The position numbers were made by a program, and so were the translations under genes. From Basidiobolus meristosporus CBS 931.73 (taxonomy: Eukaryota; Fungi; Basidiobolomycota), in NCBI GenBank assembly GCA_002104905.1, contig MCFE01000020.1, positions 62,001-126,000 on the forward strand: 64,000 nucleotides of DNA, in the 5' to 3' direction. Under the pieces are notes generated by a model. The model saw only the letters and a list, made by a program, of their open reading frames with translations, did no database searches and was not told the DNA's origin. Of the stretch, positions 24,215 to 42,820 are shown piece by piece; position 1 is the stretch's first letter; each line of letters starts with the position of its first letter.

Positions 24215-26354
24215 ATGACTGACGACAAGGATAGCTACAGTATTTCCGATTCAAAAGGCGCTATTACCCAAGCTCTTTCTGCGCAGGGTCAGGATGCATC
24301 AGCTGTGGAGGAACGCCAGTTCACCCTCCGAGCGCTGGTTGTAGGTACCATATTGGGAGGGTTTGTTTCTGCTAGTAACTTGTATATTGGCCTTAAGGTC
24401 GGTTGGGTATTTGGTGCATCCATGTTCGGCGCTCTTTTTGGTTTTGCTATTTTGAAGCCATTCTCTCGTATGACTGGGAGCTATTTTGGCCCTAAAGAAA
24501 ACTGCGTCGTCCAGACTGCCGCCACTACCACCGGCGGGCTATATGTTGGGTTCTTTACCGCAATACCAGCCCTCTATCACTTGAAACTTATGTCAGCAAA
24601 CTTTATGGATGATATACCAGCCTTAATTCTCTGGACGGCAGGTAAGACCATTTCATGATGAAGTTGCCTTCCTCCTCGGTCGCCTAAGTGCCTCCCTTGT
24701 AGCCGCGGCATTCTTCGGGCAATTTTTTGCGGTGCCGCTGCGAAGGTACTTTGTCATAAAGCAAAAACTGCCCTTCCCCTCTCCAACCGCAACAGCCGAA
24801 GCCATCAGGCAACTGCATGCATCCATGACGGGCGAGCTCGAAGCCATGCGCAAAGCCAAGCTGATGTTTGGGTGTTTTATCGTCTCCGCCGTTGTGCCCA
24901 TTATCGGTGTATTCATTCCACTTTTAGAATCCGTTCACCTGTTGTATTGGATTGGGGTAGCTACTGGAAGTCAAGGGCTCATAGGTGCCGACCGTGTCTG
25001 GAAATGGGTGATTAATCTGGATCCAGCGTTCCTAGGTAAATTCATGGCCTTTCATATAACCAAAGCTCCTGGCGGCTAAAGTTTCGATTTGATCGAAGGG
25101 GCTGGAACACTCATTCCAAGCAGTACGGTGCTATCCTTATTTTTAGGGCAATTGATATCTTACGGAATAGCTGGTCCGCTTATGCTGACATCTGGTAGTA
25201 TCATCAGTGCAAGCGGATTCTCACCAAATGGACCATCTGCTCAATCATGGTTCCTCTGGCCTGGCATAGTTCTAATGTTGGTTTCCTCTTTTACCGAGCT
25301 GCTGTGTAATGGAGGAAGCATAGTGAGAGCGGTCCGTGGAGGATTCACAGGACTACGCAATGTTACGAGGCGCACCATAAGGCGCTGGAGGCGGAGCTCA
25401 GCAGTACACAATATCTCCCATGACGATGACGACAGAGACGACGATGATGACCCAGCGCCTAGGAATGAGAGGATCCCGGCATGGATGTGGATAGTCGGTC
25501 TGGTGATTGCAGCTATGCTTAATTGCCTGGTGTTAGGATTCTACTTCCACATGCCAGCACATCAGTCAATTTTGGCCATCGTTATTGCCTTTGTGCTATC
25601 CTTTGTTGGACTTCAATCGGTAGGGGAGACGGATATTAACCCGGCCGGCTCGATTGGAAAGACATCGCAGCTTGTGTTCAGTCAATTTTCTGCCCCAACG
25701 CTTGCCGATGCTCAACGACTCAGCCTTATGGCAGGAAACGTTGCAGGTTCGGCATCGTACCAGGCAGTGGATATGGTCAAAGATCTACTCACGGGTCACC
25801 TTCTTGGCGGAAGCCCGTTGGCTCAGTTTTACACGCAATTTGTTGGCTCGTTCTTCGCCATCTTCATAGGGGTGGGCATTTTCATTCTATATGCCTCTGC
25901 TTATCCATGTGTCACAGATGCCAGCAAAATGCCATGTGAATTCCAACTGGTCGGTGTGGTTGCTTGGAAGAATGTGGCAGTCACTATGACTACCGGCCTG
26001 GATATTCCATACGAAAGTAAAATGTTCTCGGTGGCATGTGGCATCTTCGCGGCCGTCTATACTCTATTCAAGAAGTTTGTCGTCCCAGAGAGATACCATG
26101 GGTACATGCTAAATATCAATGCACTAGGGATTGGTTTTGTTAATGCAGACCCTGGCTCGGCCTTTGGGATGCTTTGCGGCAACCTGATATTCATGCTCTG
26201 GAGTTTCATCCAGCCCAAGCGTGCGGAGTTCTACCATTACTCCGTCGGTGGGGGCCTGCTCTCGGGAGCTGGTATAGCTGGACTTATCAAAGCATTGCTC
26301 AATATATTCGGGGCCAATAAATCCTTTATAAGCTGGGGAACTCCCTCATCATAA
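24215..26354 (+). CDS. OPT-superfamily transporter, YSL (yellow stripe-like) clade
   Basis: QFTLRALVVG..LYIGLKVGW, KENCVVQTAA, VPLRRYF..LPFPSPTATA, AFL|GAGTL, GETDINP..GK..Q and DLLTGHLLG..P..Q. Lacks the NPG/KIPPR motifs of the peptide-transporting clade. Introns 24642-24702 and 25036-25098. Confidence 0.9.
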
Positions 26355-27166
26355 TTCCTAGTTAAATTCATCTCAAGTATGTAAGGAAATGTGAAATCCC
26401 AGCTTGCGCTTGTTTTATCTCAAGACAAGCTCAGAATCTCCTACGCTTGCGAATGAGCATCTCGTTGATTGCCCAAACTATTCATACATGATTTTCGACT
26501 TGAACAACTCTCTATGTATGGAATATTGACTGGTTCAGATGACCTGATACTATGAAGATAGTCCTCTACAGCCTCTCTTCGAGCGTTGCCATTCTTTTCA
26601 CAAATGTACACACCTCAGTATGATCATCAAACAACTGAATATTGTGAACACCTCTTTGTCCATGATACCCGCATAATACTCTCTAAAATCATGCAATTGT
26701 GATAAGGTACTACAGTGCTCTTCCATTTCTATGTTGAAAGTGGAAGCATGAACTTGTGAGTAAATATGCCTTTAGTATATTCATTAATTCTAGGAAATAG
26801 AGGATATACCAAGGTTCAGATCAAATATGCTGAAGTAAATAAACATTGGTATCCTGAAAGAAAGCATTTTGGCTATTTCAAAAATTACTCAATATCGTAC
26901 TAACCTGTCACTGACAAACATGAATATCATAACTAAGAAAATGCTATATCCAAAATATTTGAAGAACTAGGTGCTATATTTATTGCTTGCAATAATTTAA
27001 GTATATAAGTAGCTGCTGTATGCTCATCCAAATAAGCTGAGAATAAGCAACTGAGAGCTCCAGAGATGCAAATTGTTTTGCAACTAAGACTTCTCATCTC
27101 ATGTTTACCATTGTAAGACAGTAAGATGCCAAAATTGGCTCAATATCTTCTTATCCATGTATATCT

Positions 27167-27498
27167 TGTTGTAAAAATTCGTATTTCCACCTAAATATTC
27201 ACATAACTTAGTCACTTAGATCATTACCTTCATATCCTAGAGAATACTGACCAAATTCCTTGTCGGGATTTACTTAGAATATTTACCCAGAACATAAAGA
27301 TTCTCAAAGTTGTCCAAACAGCCCCAAACTTTGCACACACGTTCTTGGGACCTTCCTTAACCTATTCTACGTGTTTGTTATCCCAAGACCATGTAAAAGT
27401 ATAAATTCTACTTTTACATTCAATAAATCATTAAGTGAAAACCACATAATCTACTTGTTCTCCCAATCACTTCCAATATCTCCAAGACTCTTACAACA
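27167..27498 (+). mobile_element. Solo LTR (332 bp), TSD TATCT
   Basis: TGTTG...CAACA ends; reverse complement of LTR 61967-62298; TATCT on both sides (27162-27166, 27499-27503). Internal TATAAA followed by AATAAA. Confidence 0.95.
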
Positions 27499-27619
27499 TA
27501 TCTTTCATATTCCACAACTTCTGTTGCCAGAGATTAAGAAGCATTTGAAGGAAACTGTATATCTAGACAACTTAATTGACATATTAAAGTTGTATGTTTT
27601 GTGTATTCACCTATACATC

Positions 27620-27984
27620 TGTTGTAAGAGTTTGGAGATATTGGAAATGATTGGGAGAACAGATACATCCTGAGGCTCTCAGTGATTGATTGAATGACAA
27701 TGTGGTATTTACACTTTTACATGATCTTGGCAAAACAAACATGTACAGTATGCTTAAAAGGTCCCAAGCACATGTGTGAAAAGTTTGGGGCTTTTGGATC
27801 ACTTTGATAAGGTCTGACATTTAGGTGAAATACTCCAAATTAAACGCAAGAATATTTTACCATGTTGGGTACCCAGAACGTGGGAATTCTCAAAGTAACA
27901 CCTTTATATCCGTTAAATCGATGAAAATTGCGAAATCTACCAGTTTTCCCAATCACTGGCAATATCTCCAAACCTCTCACAACA
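27620..27984. repeat. Two divergent LTR fragments in opposite orientations
   Basis: TGTTGTAAGAGTTTGGAGATATTGG start at 27620. An opposite-orientation end, ..tcccaatcactggcaatatctccaaacctctCACAACA, finishes at 27984. Confidence 0.7.
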
Positions 27985-28544
27985 ACTACACATGTATTGG
28001 TTTATTTATTGAGTATTTGTACATTTATAGCCTTGTAAAACTAATGATTTAAATACTTTCAGAAGCAGATCCCAGGAAATGGTGTACAGGGTTCGGGGTT
28101 CTTTGTACATGTTTGGAAGGTTGAAAACTTCAAAGCATGCACTGATTCAGCTAATATATGCCGATTTACTCTTAAGCCAACAATTCATAATTCAGCAATT
28201 AGCAAATTATCTAGATGTATGAATGAGCCACCAGCAATAGAGTATTTGTGCTTTAAAGGGATCATATCCATGTATTTCTTTGGAGGAAAGTCTAGAAAAA
28301 GGTAATCAAAGGTTGGGCGGTATTGAAAACCTCATCTTTCAACACTGCCGATTTACAAATGGATGGACTCGAACGCTTTTACGATAATGCTCAGAAAACT
28401 TTCGATTCCTCAGGAATCCAATCTTCCAGCACTTGCACAGTATATGCAAGTCTGGTGAACGAACTAAGCACCCACACAAGCGAATGTCGCAAAATTAGGT
28501 GTAGTAGTTTATTTCTACACTGAGCACAAATTGTAAACAAGTAC

Positions 28545-29779
28545 TTAAGCTCTGATAACTTGCCAGACACGGATAAGGTTATCGGTATAGCCAGAGAAAA
28601 GAGTGTTGCCGTCAGCAGACCAGGCAAGGGAGATGCACTGGGGATCAGCAGATCTACGGCCAACACCGACAAATTCAGGACGGAGTTCGTCAACGACAGA
28701 CTTGGATTCCAAATCCCAGATCTTGATGCCAGATGAGGTGGCAGCGCAGAGCCAGTATCTGTTGGGGCTGAAGATCAAAGCGTTGACCTCATCACCAGCC
28801 TCAAGAGAGTACAAATGCTTGCCATCATTGAGATCCCACAACATGACAATGCCGTCCTTGCCGGCGGAAGCACAGAGGGAACCATCAGGAGAGATGGTGA
28901 CGGTGTTGACATATCCGGTGTGGCCGATGTGGTTGGTGCGAATCTTGCACTTGGAGAGATCCCAAACCTAATAACAGCGTGCGTTAGTACAGGCGATCCA
29001 TCACAGCATCAAGAAAGTCGATAATAAAATCCATCAGAATTTTGGTGAAATTTGTCTCATGTGAGGAGCGACCCTCTTCTGAAGTAGCAAATATATGAAG
29101 AACATCACGTAGGAATGAATGAAACCCGCATTCGGGAAAGACACCATACCTTCACGAGCTTATCCCAACCAGCAGAAACGATGACGGGGTTGGCGGGGTT
29201 AGGGGAGAATCTGACGCAGGAGACCCACTCGGAGTGACCGTTCTCGGTAAGGTTGTATTTGCATTCACCGAGAGTGTTCCACAACTTGATGGACTTGTCG
29301 CGAGAGCCAGACACGATTTGGCGGTTGTCAGCAGAGAAGGCAACAGAGGTGACATCCTTCTCGTGTCCGACAAATCTGCGGGTAGTGGCACCGGTGTTAA
29401 GGTCCCACAGGCGAAGGGTTTTGTCCCAAGAAGCAGAGAGAGCAAATTGGCCATCGGAGGAGATGGAGATATCGGAGACGAAGTGGTTGTGGCCACGAAG
29501 AGACTTGCGAGGAACACCGTATTGGGTTTCATCGCGGGTCAAGTGCCAGATAAGGAGGGACTTGTCGCGGGAGGCGGACAAAAGCATGTCAGGGTTTTCG
29601 GAGGTAGTGGCAATAGCAGTTACCCATCCGGTATGACCTACAGGAAGCTGGTTAGCTACATTCATTCTCTCCAGTCCATCTATCCGCTGCGTATCCATCC
29701 ATCGATATGGTCGATGCAGCAACCTGAAAAAAACTGCCGACTAACCTTCGAGAGTTCCACGTAAGATAAGAGTGTCCAT
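28545..29779 (-). CDS. ASC1: RACK1 / G-beta-like WD40 ribosomal protein
   Basis: [11 protein letters not shown]|[37 protein letters not shown]. Introns 29638-29745 and 28968-29149. Confidence 0.97.
29030..29112 (-). ncRNA. snR24: Box C/D snoRNA U24 (snR24)-like, intronic
   Basis: Minus strand of RACK1 intron 2: box C GTGATGT, guide ATATTTGCTACTT followed by D' CAGA, then TGAGACA, TCACCAA and box D CTGA. This matches my recollection of yeast snR24, which lies in the ASC1 intron. Confidence 0.85.
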
Positions 29780-30244
29780 TTTGGTGTGCTCTTGTGACCG
29801 AAATAACAAATACACCGGGAGAAGGACGTTCTACTAATCTAACAATTGCTTATAATCGCCCCTCCGTCCAAGTCACGTTTTTTTTTCCCGATCAAAAATT
29901 TCTTCCCACTGCTACCACTAAGGGTTAGGGAAATTTCATGGACCTCATGAGCAGCACCCCAAACACCATATTATTGGGCATGGCGCTATTTCAAGATCTT
30001 ACAATTTATGCTGCCTCCTAGCCCGTCGCCCTGGACTTCGGCCAGTGATACCGATCTGAAAGCACATGAAGTCTCCCCTCACTTCCAATTGTGCAGGCCA
30101 GAGGCAGGCACGCTTATAAGCGCAATTATGCCACCGGTCATATTCGAGCCAACACACATTGTCAAGCTATATATGCCCGGCTCGACGGAGAGCAGCCATT
30201 CATTACTTTATTAACTAATTTATCAGCATTGCTAAATAAGCCAG

Positions 30245-31444
30245 CTATTTGGAGGCACCTTCCATTACTTCGAGGATGAGGCTATTATACCTATCCTCTT
30301 GCTCTGCAGGAATGGCATGGCCAGAGTTTTCAAACACCTCTAAACGGGCATTCAGCTCTTTGGCTAGGTAATGGGAGTTCGTCGGTCTAATCAGATTGTC
30401 CTCAGTTCCCGTAACCACTAAGATCGGATACCCGAAATCACGAATTTTATGCAACCTGTCCTTGGATACGTAATGGCGCATCACAGCTGAGAGTTGACCA
30501 TATATCCCGGCTGTCTTCGGAGGGGGGACAACACCGGCAGCGTCAGTAAGTCGCTAAATGATAGGATATCGGTTCAGTGGTCGTTGGCTCTGTAAATGAA
30601 TGTTGATGCCGCAACGTTACCTTGACGATAACATCTTTGTTCGTCTTAAATCCGGAATTCTCGGGGGCAGCTGCTGCAAGCCAAGTCTACAACAATGCAA
30701 GCGTAAGGACCTTGAACTGGCATGAATATATATTGCTCTGTTTACCTGCGGGTATAGCATTTGGCAGTTGTTTTCAATCAGTTGGTCAGAGTTTTTGGCA
30801 AGAAGCCCCTTCATGACCCCAAGCAACCCGGCGATTGGCGTGAAGGTCATGCCGGCATGGGTGCTTGTTAAAATCAAACAGGATATAGTACCAGGCTTAG
30901 CGGCTAAAGCTAGTTCTTGTGCAATCATTCCTCCCATGCTTATACCGATTACTGTGACGTTGCTATTCCAGCCTAGGTGATTCAGTAGCTCAACTGCATC
31001 TAGCGCCATTTCTTTAGTTCTAAACGACGAGTGTGAGGAGAAACACAAGCGAGCAATGATGATGTTTGGTAGTTACGTGTAAAGACCGGACGGAGCATCG
31101 GAATGGCCAACACCACGGTTGTCGTAGGTGCAAACCTCATACCCCTTGGATGCTAAAAACTTCGACTATTTGGAACATTTAATTCGTCACCTCTAACCAG
31201 TCAGGCTGAAAATCAAAGGGTACCTGAATCTCCCAGGCGTAGTTACTTCCAAAGAGACCTGATGTTCAAGGCAAATTAACATTCCACGAATACTAAAATC
31301 AGTGTTGGTCTCAGCAGCAGACCTACCCATGATTAGAAGAGCTTTTTTGGAGGAGTCCTCCGATCCACGGACTTGGTAGTATAGATTAAACGGGCCGCCT
31401 GACCTCTCTTTGGCTAACAAAACTTTCCCGTTCCTCACACTCAT
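30245..31444 (-). CDS. Alpha/beta hydrolase, multi-exon
   Basis: LYYQVRG..LLIMG, MALDAVELLNHLGW..VIGISMGGMIAQEL (GxSxG), ILVVTGTEDNLI and SGHAIPAE (Asp/His of the triad). Confidence 0.88.
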
Positions 31445-32227
31445 TGCTGTATTCTAAAATCGTTAAAGAGGCCAATCGACGGTTATTTATAACATTGAAC
31501 ATTTTATTGGTATGACATCAACCCTTTTGCAGGATGGATATCGGACCGAAATATATCGACAAATGGTTTAAAATTGTGCCACAGGGTGATGAACTTTTTA
31601 TTGGCGCTACGCGCACATTGTCAGGAAATTCGGAGTTAATGCGTACATCCATTAGGAATCATCCCATCTTAAACAATATCGGTAACGAATGTTTCAATTT
31701 TGATATTATGAATATCCAAATTGTTGATGATGTTTAAGCTTGGCATTCGAGAAGTACAAAAGTCTTCAGGTGTATTGATAAGGTGAATCCCATAACTAGC
31801 TGCGGAAGATACATCCGCAATATATCACGTGCCCAAGTGGATTTTGAGTATAAAATGGAGTATATGTTTATAACGGGCAGCTCAATTCTCTGAAGTGCAT
31901 TCGTGTTTCTTATCTCCAGTTCTCAGGTGGTAAAGAAAAGCTACTTGCACTCCAAAGAGAATTCGTAAGCTGGATAATAGAACAATACAGCTGGCTGTTC
32001 AATTGTGGTTGTACTAAACAACGTCTTTGGATGATGATTTTAGCACACTTGTAACTTGCTGCGTTGCAAAATCTCACCCAGAATTTCGTTGAGTAAGTCT
32101 TACACAAACGACTTGTATGTGCCAATCAACCGCTTGGCGGCTTGTTACAACAATGACCATCCATATCTCTAACTCCATTATCTACGATGGTTTACTGCAG
32201 TTCAGACAGTACTCAGTTAAAGAAAAC

Positions 32228-38495
<6,268 letters not shown>

Positions 38496-39069
38496 GTATT
38501 ACATTATTACAGCGATCACCCGTAGCTGTTGCTGGATCTGTACATCAATCACTCGTTCGTCAGTTCATCGATTCTAATGTTGAAGATTTTTTATCTAGTT
38601 GTATACAATGTGCCCCAAGTATCTAAATATTCATCCTTGATTCCTGCAACTTGTAATTTATGTGTCTAATCGTTTCCTCTCACTTTGACCAAAAAAGTCA
38701 AAAAAAATCGGAAAAACAATATTTGCCATAAAAATCCCCAATTCCCCTCTGTAGATGTAGTATAAATATTTAAGGAAAAGACGAGGTTTCTTTGACTTGG
38801 TAAATAAATATGCAATATCTACAGATTCAAAGGTCCATGCGCGTACGCGAAACAGAAGCATTATACAACTTACAGGTGTAATTGAGAAGGGCATGCAAAG
38901 GAGCATCAACTCGTGAACGATGTGAATATTTATTACTGATGTTTAGAAAGATTTGATGGCATTCAAGGACAAGGTCATGCCAGATGAGCACGGATAACGA
39001 GGATTTCTAACTTGGATGTAACGCACACCGACACAAGTGCATCTTCTTTGTATCATGTTCATGCGGAGG

Positions 39070-40361
39070 CTATAGCGCTTTCTTCGCCAACAATCGAATG
39101 TTGTTAAGAAAGATCTTCACAATGGTCGAGTAGTTATTTGGCTCTCCACGTTCAATTTTCTTGCGTTCGTTCAAAAGAACTGTAGGGTCCGCAAACTCCA
39201 ACTCAAGCTCGTGTTTAAGCTCGGGCGTCCTCTCGGGAGGACGGTACCCATAGAATGATGGCTGTGGTCGAGATTGTTGCTAAGAGATGCCGAGCGGTCA
39301 GACACAATAGGTGATAATATCAATGAGCTGAACGGGTTACCTCATTTCCCTTGACTTGAGTGAGATCAAACTTCCATATCTCATGGCGATATGATAGGCG
39401 ATCCTTGTTACGTTCGAACTGGTGCTTGCCTTCGGGAAGTTTTTCTATAGATTGTTGAGCGTGCTGGCAGAGGAAAAATCAATCCGTTATGCGGGACTCA
39501 CTTGGAATTTCGGCACTAATGGTAATACGGAAGTCTAGTCGGGTATTCGGGGAATGAATGTTCAAGTTTGCTACTCTGGTCTTCTCTACAATCCCATTTG
39601 GAACAACCTAATCATCCAGTTAGCCGATGCATGCATAACCGAGGGAGTTTATATACCTCTCCGGTCTGTTGGTCAGTTGTCACTCGGACTTTAGTACCGT
39701 CGACCTGGTAGAACCTGTCGGTCTCTCGTGTATGCTTGTACTCGATGATCGAACCCTAATCCACTGGTCAATACGAGTCGCGATAGAGAGAATAAAGGGG
39801 CCATACTCGATAATTAGGTGCCTTGGAGTCGCTTACTCGCTTGTTGAGTATGGAGTTGAAATGTCTATGTTGCTCCTAGAATGCAGGACTCGTATCAATG
39901 AAAAGCCTCTACCAATTCTATAGTGGATTTGTCAGCCAACCAATTTCATGTCTGATTCGAAGCGGAACCATTTATCATCTTCCAGAGACAACACTAGAGA
40001 ACCATAAAGATCAGCAAGTTCACTCGCCAACCAACTCAGCCATGAGGGAAACGTCACCTGTCTCGGTTGCAACAGGAAGCTTGATTCGTTGATTAGTTCG
40101 TTTGTCAATCAATACACCCAACTTGGCTTCTATCTATCAGCACAAGAGAAACGTTTAGAAATGCATAGTCTTGGACGTTCCCAAATCAACAAGTACCTCG
40201 ACATAAGGACGATCTAAGTGTTTGTACAGGAAATCGGAAACCACTTTCAGAATGTCATCTAAGGGCTCCATACAGAAGATACTTCTTTCAAGCCGGGCCA
40301 GGTTTAAGCCCGACGATTTTTCTGGCTCTTCTCTGGGCCTCTTCCTACTTGCTTCGTCCAT
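39070..40361 (-). CDS. CET1: mRNA capping RNA 5'-triphosphatase (CYTH/TTM fold)
   Basis: Manual splicing gives VE|IEAKLG (motif A), FRFESDM, KHTRETDRFY..KVRVTTDQ, KTRVANLNIHSPNTRLDFRITIS, ERNKDRLSY (motif B) and KHELELEF (motif C). Stop at 39070. Confidence 0.88.
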
Positions 40362-41049
40362 TATATATTAACACTTGGTAAGTGTGAAGCTTCCGTTTTT
40401 TTGTGTATATATTGGTTCAACCCTTACAAACATCCTAGGCCCCTTTATCTAAATTCAGAAATTTCTCGTCATGAATGATATCTGATTGCTTAACTAGCAT
40501 ATGCCGTGGGTTGAATCACGTGCCTGCTCACGCTCGATTATTTGATTCACCGCAATCATAACATCCACAGGCCACAGTGATGAGTGAGAACCAGCACAAA
40601 ATTGGGTGATGGAGAATGATCCCGATGACGTGAGCCTCAGCTACATATACAGTTAGTGGGCCAGCACTTCACCTGCCAGACAACAGAGCACTCGGGGCAA
40701 GCGATGAACAGGATTTGACAGACGTTGATGCTCATGTCATCCGGTGGGGAGGACTATTTAGCGCCAAGGAAGCTCCGGAGTATGGATCAGAACCGGATTA
40801 GCTTTGGGTCAATGCTATCACGCGTCAATCGGCCCAACATTGATGTCTTCTGTAGTATTGTCATAGTATCAACTGATCATTTCTCGAGGGCAATGAGTCG
40901 CCTCCTGTGGTGGCCAGCTGCACGGCATGATTCTGGCGTTGGTGCAGGTATAGCATAGCCATGGTCAGTACTAGGTAAAGAGTTGGGATACTTTTTCCCA
41001 TGTCTTGTAAAAATCCAATGATGTTGCGGAGTTCACAGATCATATCGTG

Positions 41050-41071
41050 GTGTTACTAATATTAGTAACAC
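41050..41071. other. Perfect 22-bp palindrome GTGTTACTAATATTAGTAACAC
   Basis: The sequence equals its own reverse complement. Confidence 0.9.
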
Positions 41072-42007
41072 GGGGTAGCTGCTGGTTGTATGAAACGAAG
41101 AGACTTTCACGACAATCCCATGAAACGGCATATGAATGGCCATGTCGCGCGATCCATAGCCATGGAACGATGGGATGCCAATAGCACCATTCGAAGGTAC
41201 TTCCAGCTAGCCAGATGAGGGTAACCGATTGATTATGGCTGAGACTCCCACTCTGTGAATGGTATTTTGGGGGTGAAGGCAGTAAACCCTAATATTTAGT
41301 TGTCGAAAGAGATCAACAGACAGCCAAGCTGCAGTCAAATTTGCTTCACAGCCTACGAAGTGTGTTTAGGCGATCCTCATATGCATGCACAGAAATGTTA
41401 GCTCATGGTACGATGGTCGTAATGTTGGAACTACTGCTCTGCCATTTCGCTAAATTGATTTCCTACGAAGAAAGCCCCATTGACGAAGGTGATGGGATCG
41501 CTTGACCATCAAATATAACCAACGGATAGCCTGCCCTTGAGCCTAAGCGTATTTCATCCAGCATCAAGAACAACCAAGCATGGACAGATGATCATGTTGG
41601 ATTATGGGGATCCGCAACTCTCACCAAGCTGAAGCAATGTGGACATTAATGCGCCACTTAATCTGCCACTTCAATGGTCCACACTATCATGCTTTACCAA
41701 CAAATATAAGCTAATTACATAAATGATGATTATCCTTCCTAACCAATGGGCGTCCACCTGATATCCGTGAAATAACTCTGCGGATTTTACGGTACAACGC
41801 AAGACCCCAATCCAACCATTTTCTGAACATAATTTATGTGGGGAAAATCGAATAATCACCCCAACACAATTTTTGTTGAATCAACCCAACTTCCCCCGGC
41901 TCTCCGCATCATAAGGGTTTTTTTTTGAAATCATCCCAAGCTTTCGAGTAACCACACTCACCTTTCTTAGCCGTTTCTCGTTCACGCTAGCACCAAACTT
42001 TCAGACC

Positions 42008-42436
42008 ATGTTGTTCAAAGCCCTTGAAGAGCTCTTCCCCACCGTCTTTGCCGAGGAAGAGGAAGTTGAGGAACAACCTGAGGAGGTTGAGGAAGAAGAG
42101 GAAGAGGAGGAAGAGCCAGAGGATACCAAGCCTCAACTTGAAGAAGGTTTAGACACTTTTATCGGATTCTGCTAGGTCGTGCTTTCTCTAACTCGCTTCA
42201 CTTCTATCTATAGAATGTGCTCAATCTTCAAAGTGCGCTGGCTATGGCCATCACCTCGAGGAATGTGCTGCCAGAGTCGCCAATGGTGCCAACGAGAACT
42301 GCGTTGAGGAATTCTTCCATCTGCAACATTGCATTGACGCCTGTGTAAGTACAAGTGTCTCCAACCATGTCTAATCTGGCCATTAACTGAGAACATTGCT
42401 TAGGTTGCTCCCAAGCTTTTCGCCGGCCTCCAATAA
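42008..42436 (+). CDS. QCR6: Cytochrome bc1 complex hinge subunit
   Basis: Poly-Glu N-terminus, ECAQSSKC..HHLEECAARV..ENCVEEFFHLQHCIDAC|VAPKLF; two introns; not captured by the ORF track. Confidence 0.93.
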
Positions 42437-42820
42437 ACTCCAGTTGAACTCATCTCCCTCCCCACCACCCTCCTGTGTTTAATATATACAACCATCATTC
42501 CATCTCATGCCAAAGAAAATCACAATAAATTCAAATATCACTCTCCGTGTTTGACCGGGTGAGGAATCGATGTATACACCATATATCTGATTCAGTCCAA
42601 CTCAATCTCCTCGTATATTATCCAAATCACAAGATCTTGATAAATTTCTTATTTGAATCTAATCATCAACTTCCCTTTGGCTAAGCTTCCTTGACTGGTA
42701 TATTACTCTTCCCTCGCAAAGGCACGAGGTTCTCGTCGCTTGCTCACCTAAACAGTACTTTCTTGAAGTCTTACTTTCATTTCCCTCATATCCCACTTGA
42801 CGTTTGCGAGGTTCCAGGAA

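Noticed and set aside
26400-27100. Possible fourth gene of the NAS cluster (e.g. MTA recycling or NA aminotransferase)
   Set aside because: No ORF of 60 aa or more and no relevant motifs. The ALT1 aminotransferase is over 30 kb away and is a standard housekeeping gene.
40700-41330. Possible minus-strand pseudogene
   Set aside because: Protein-like fragments but several stops and no recognisable motif.
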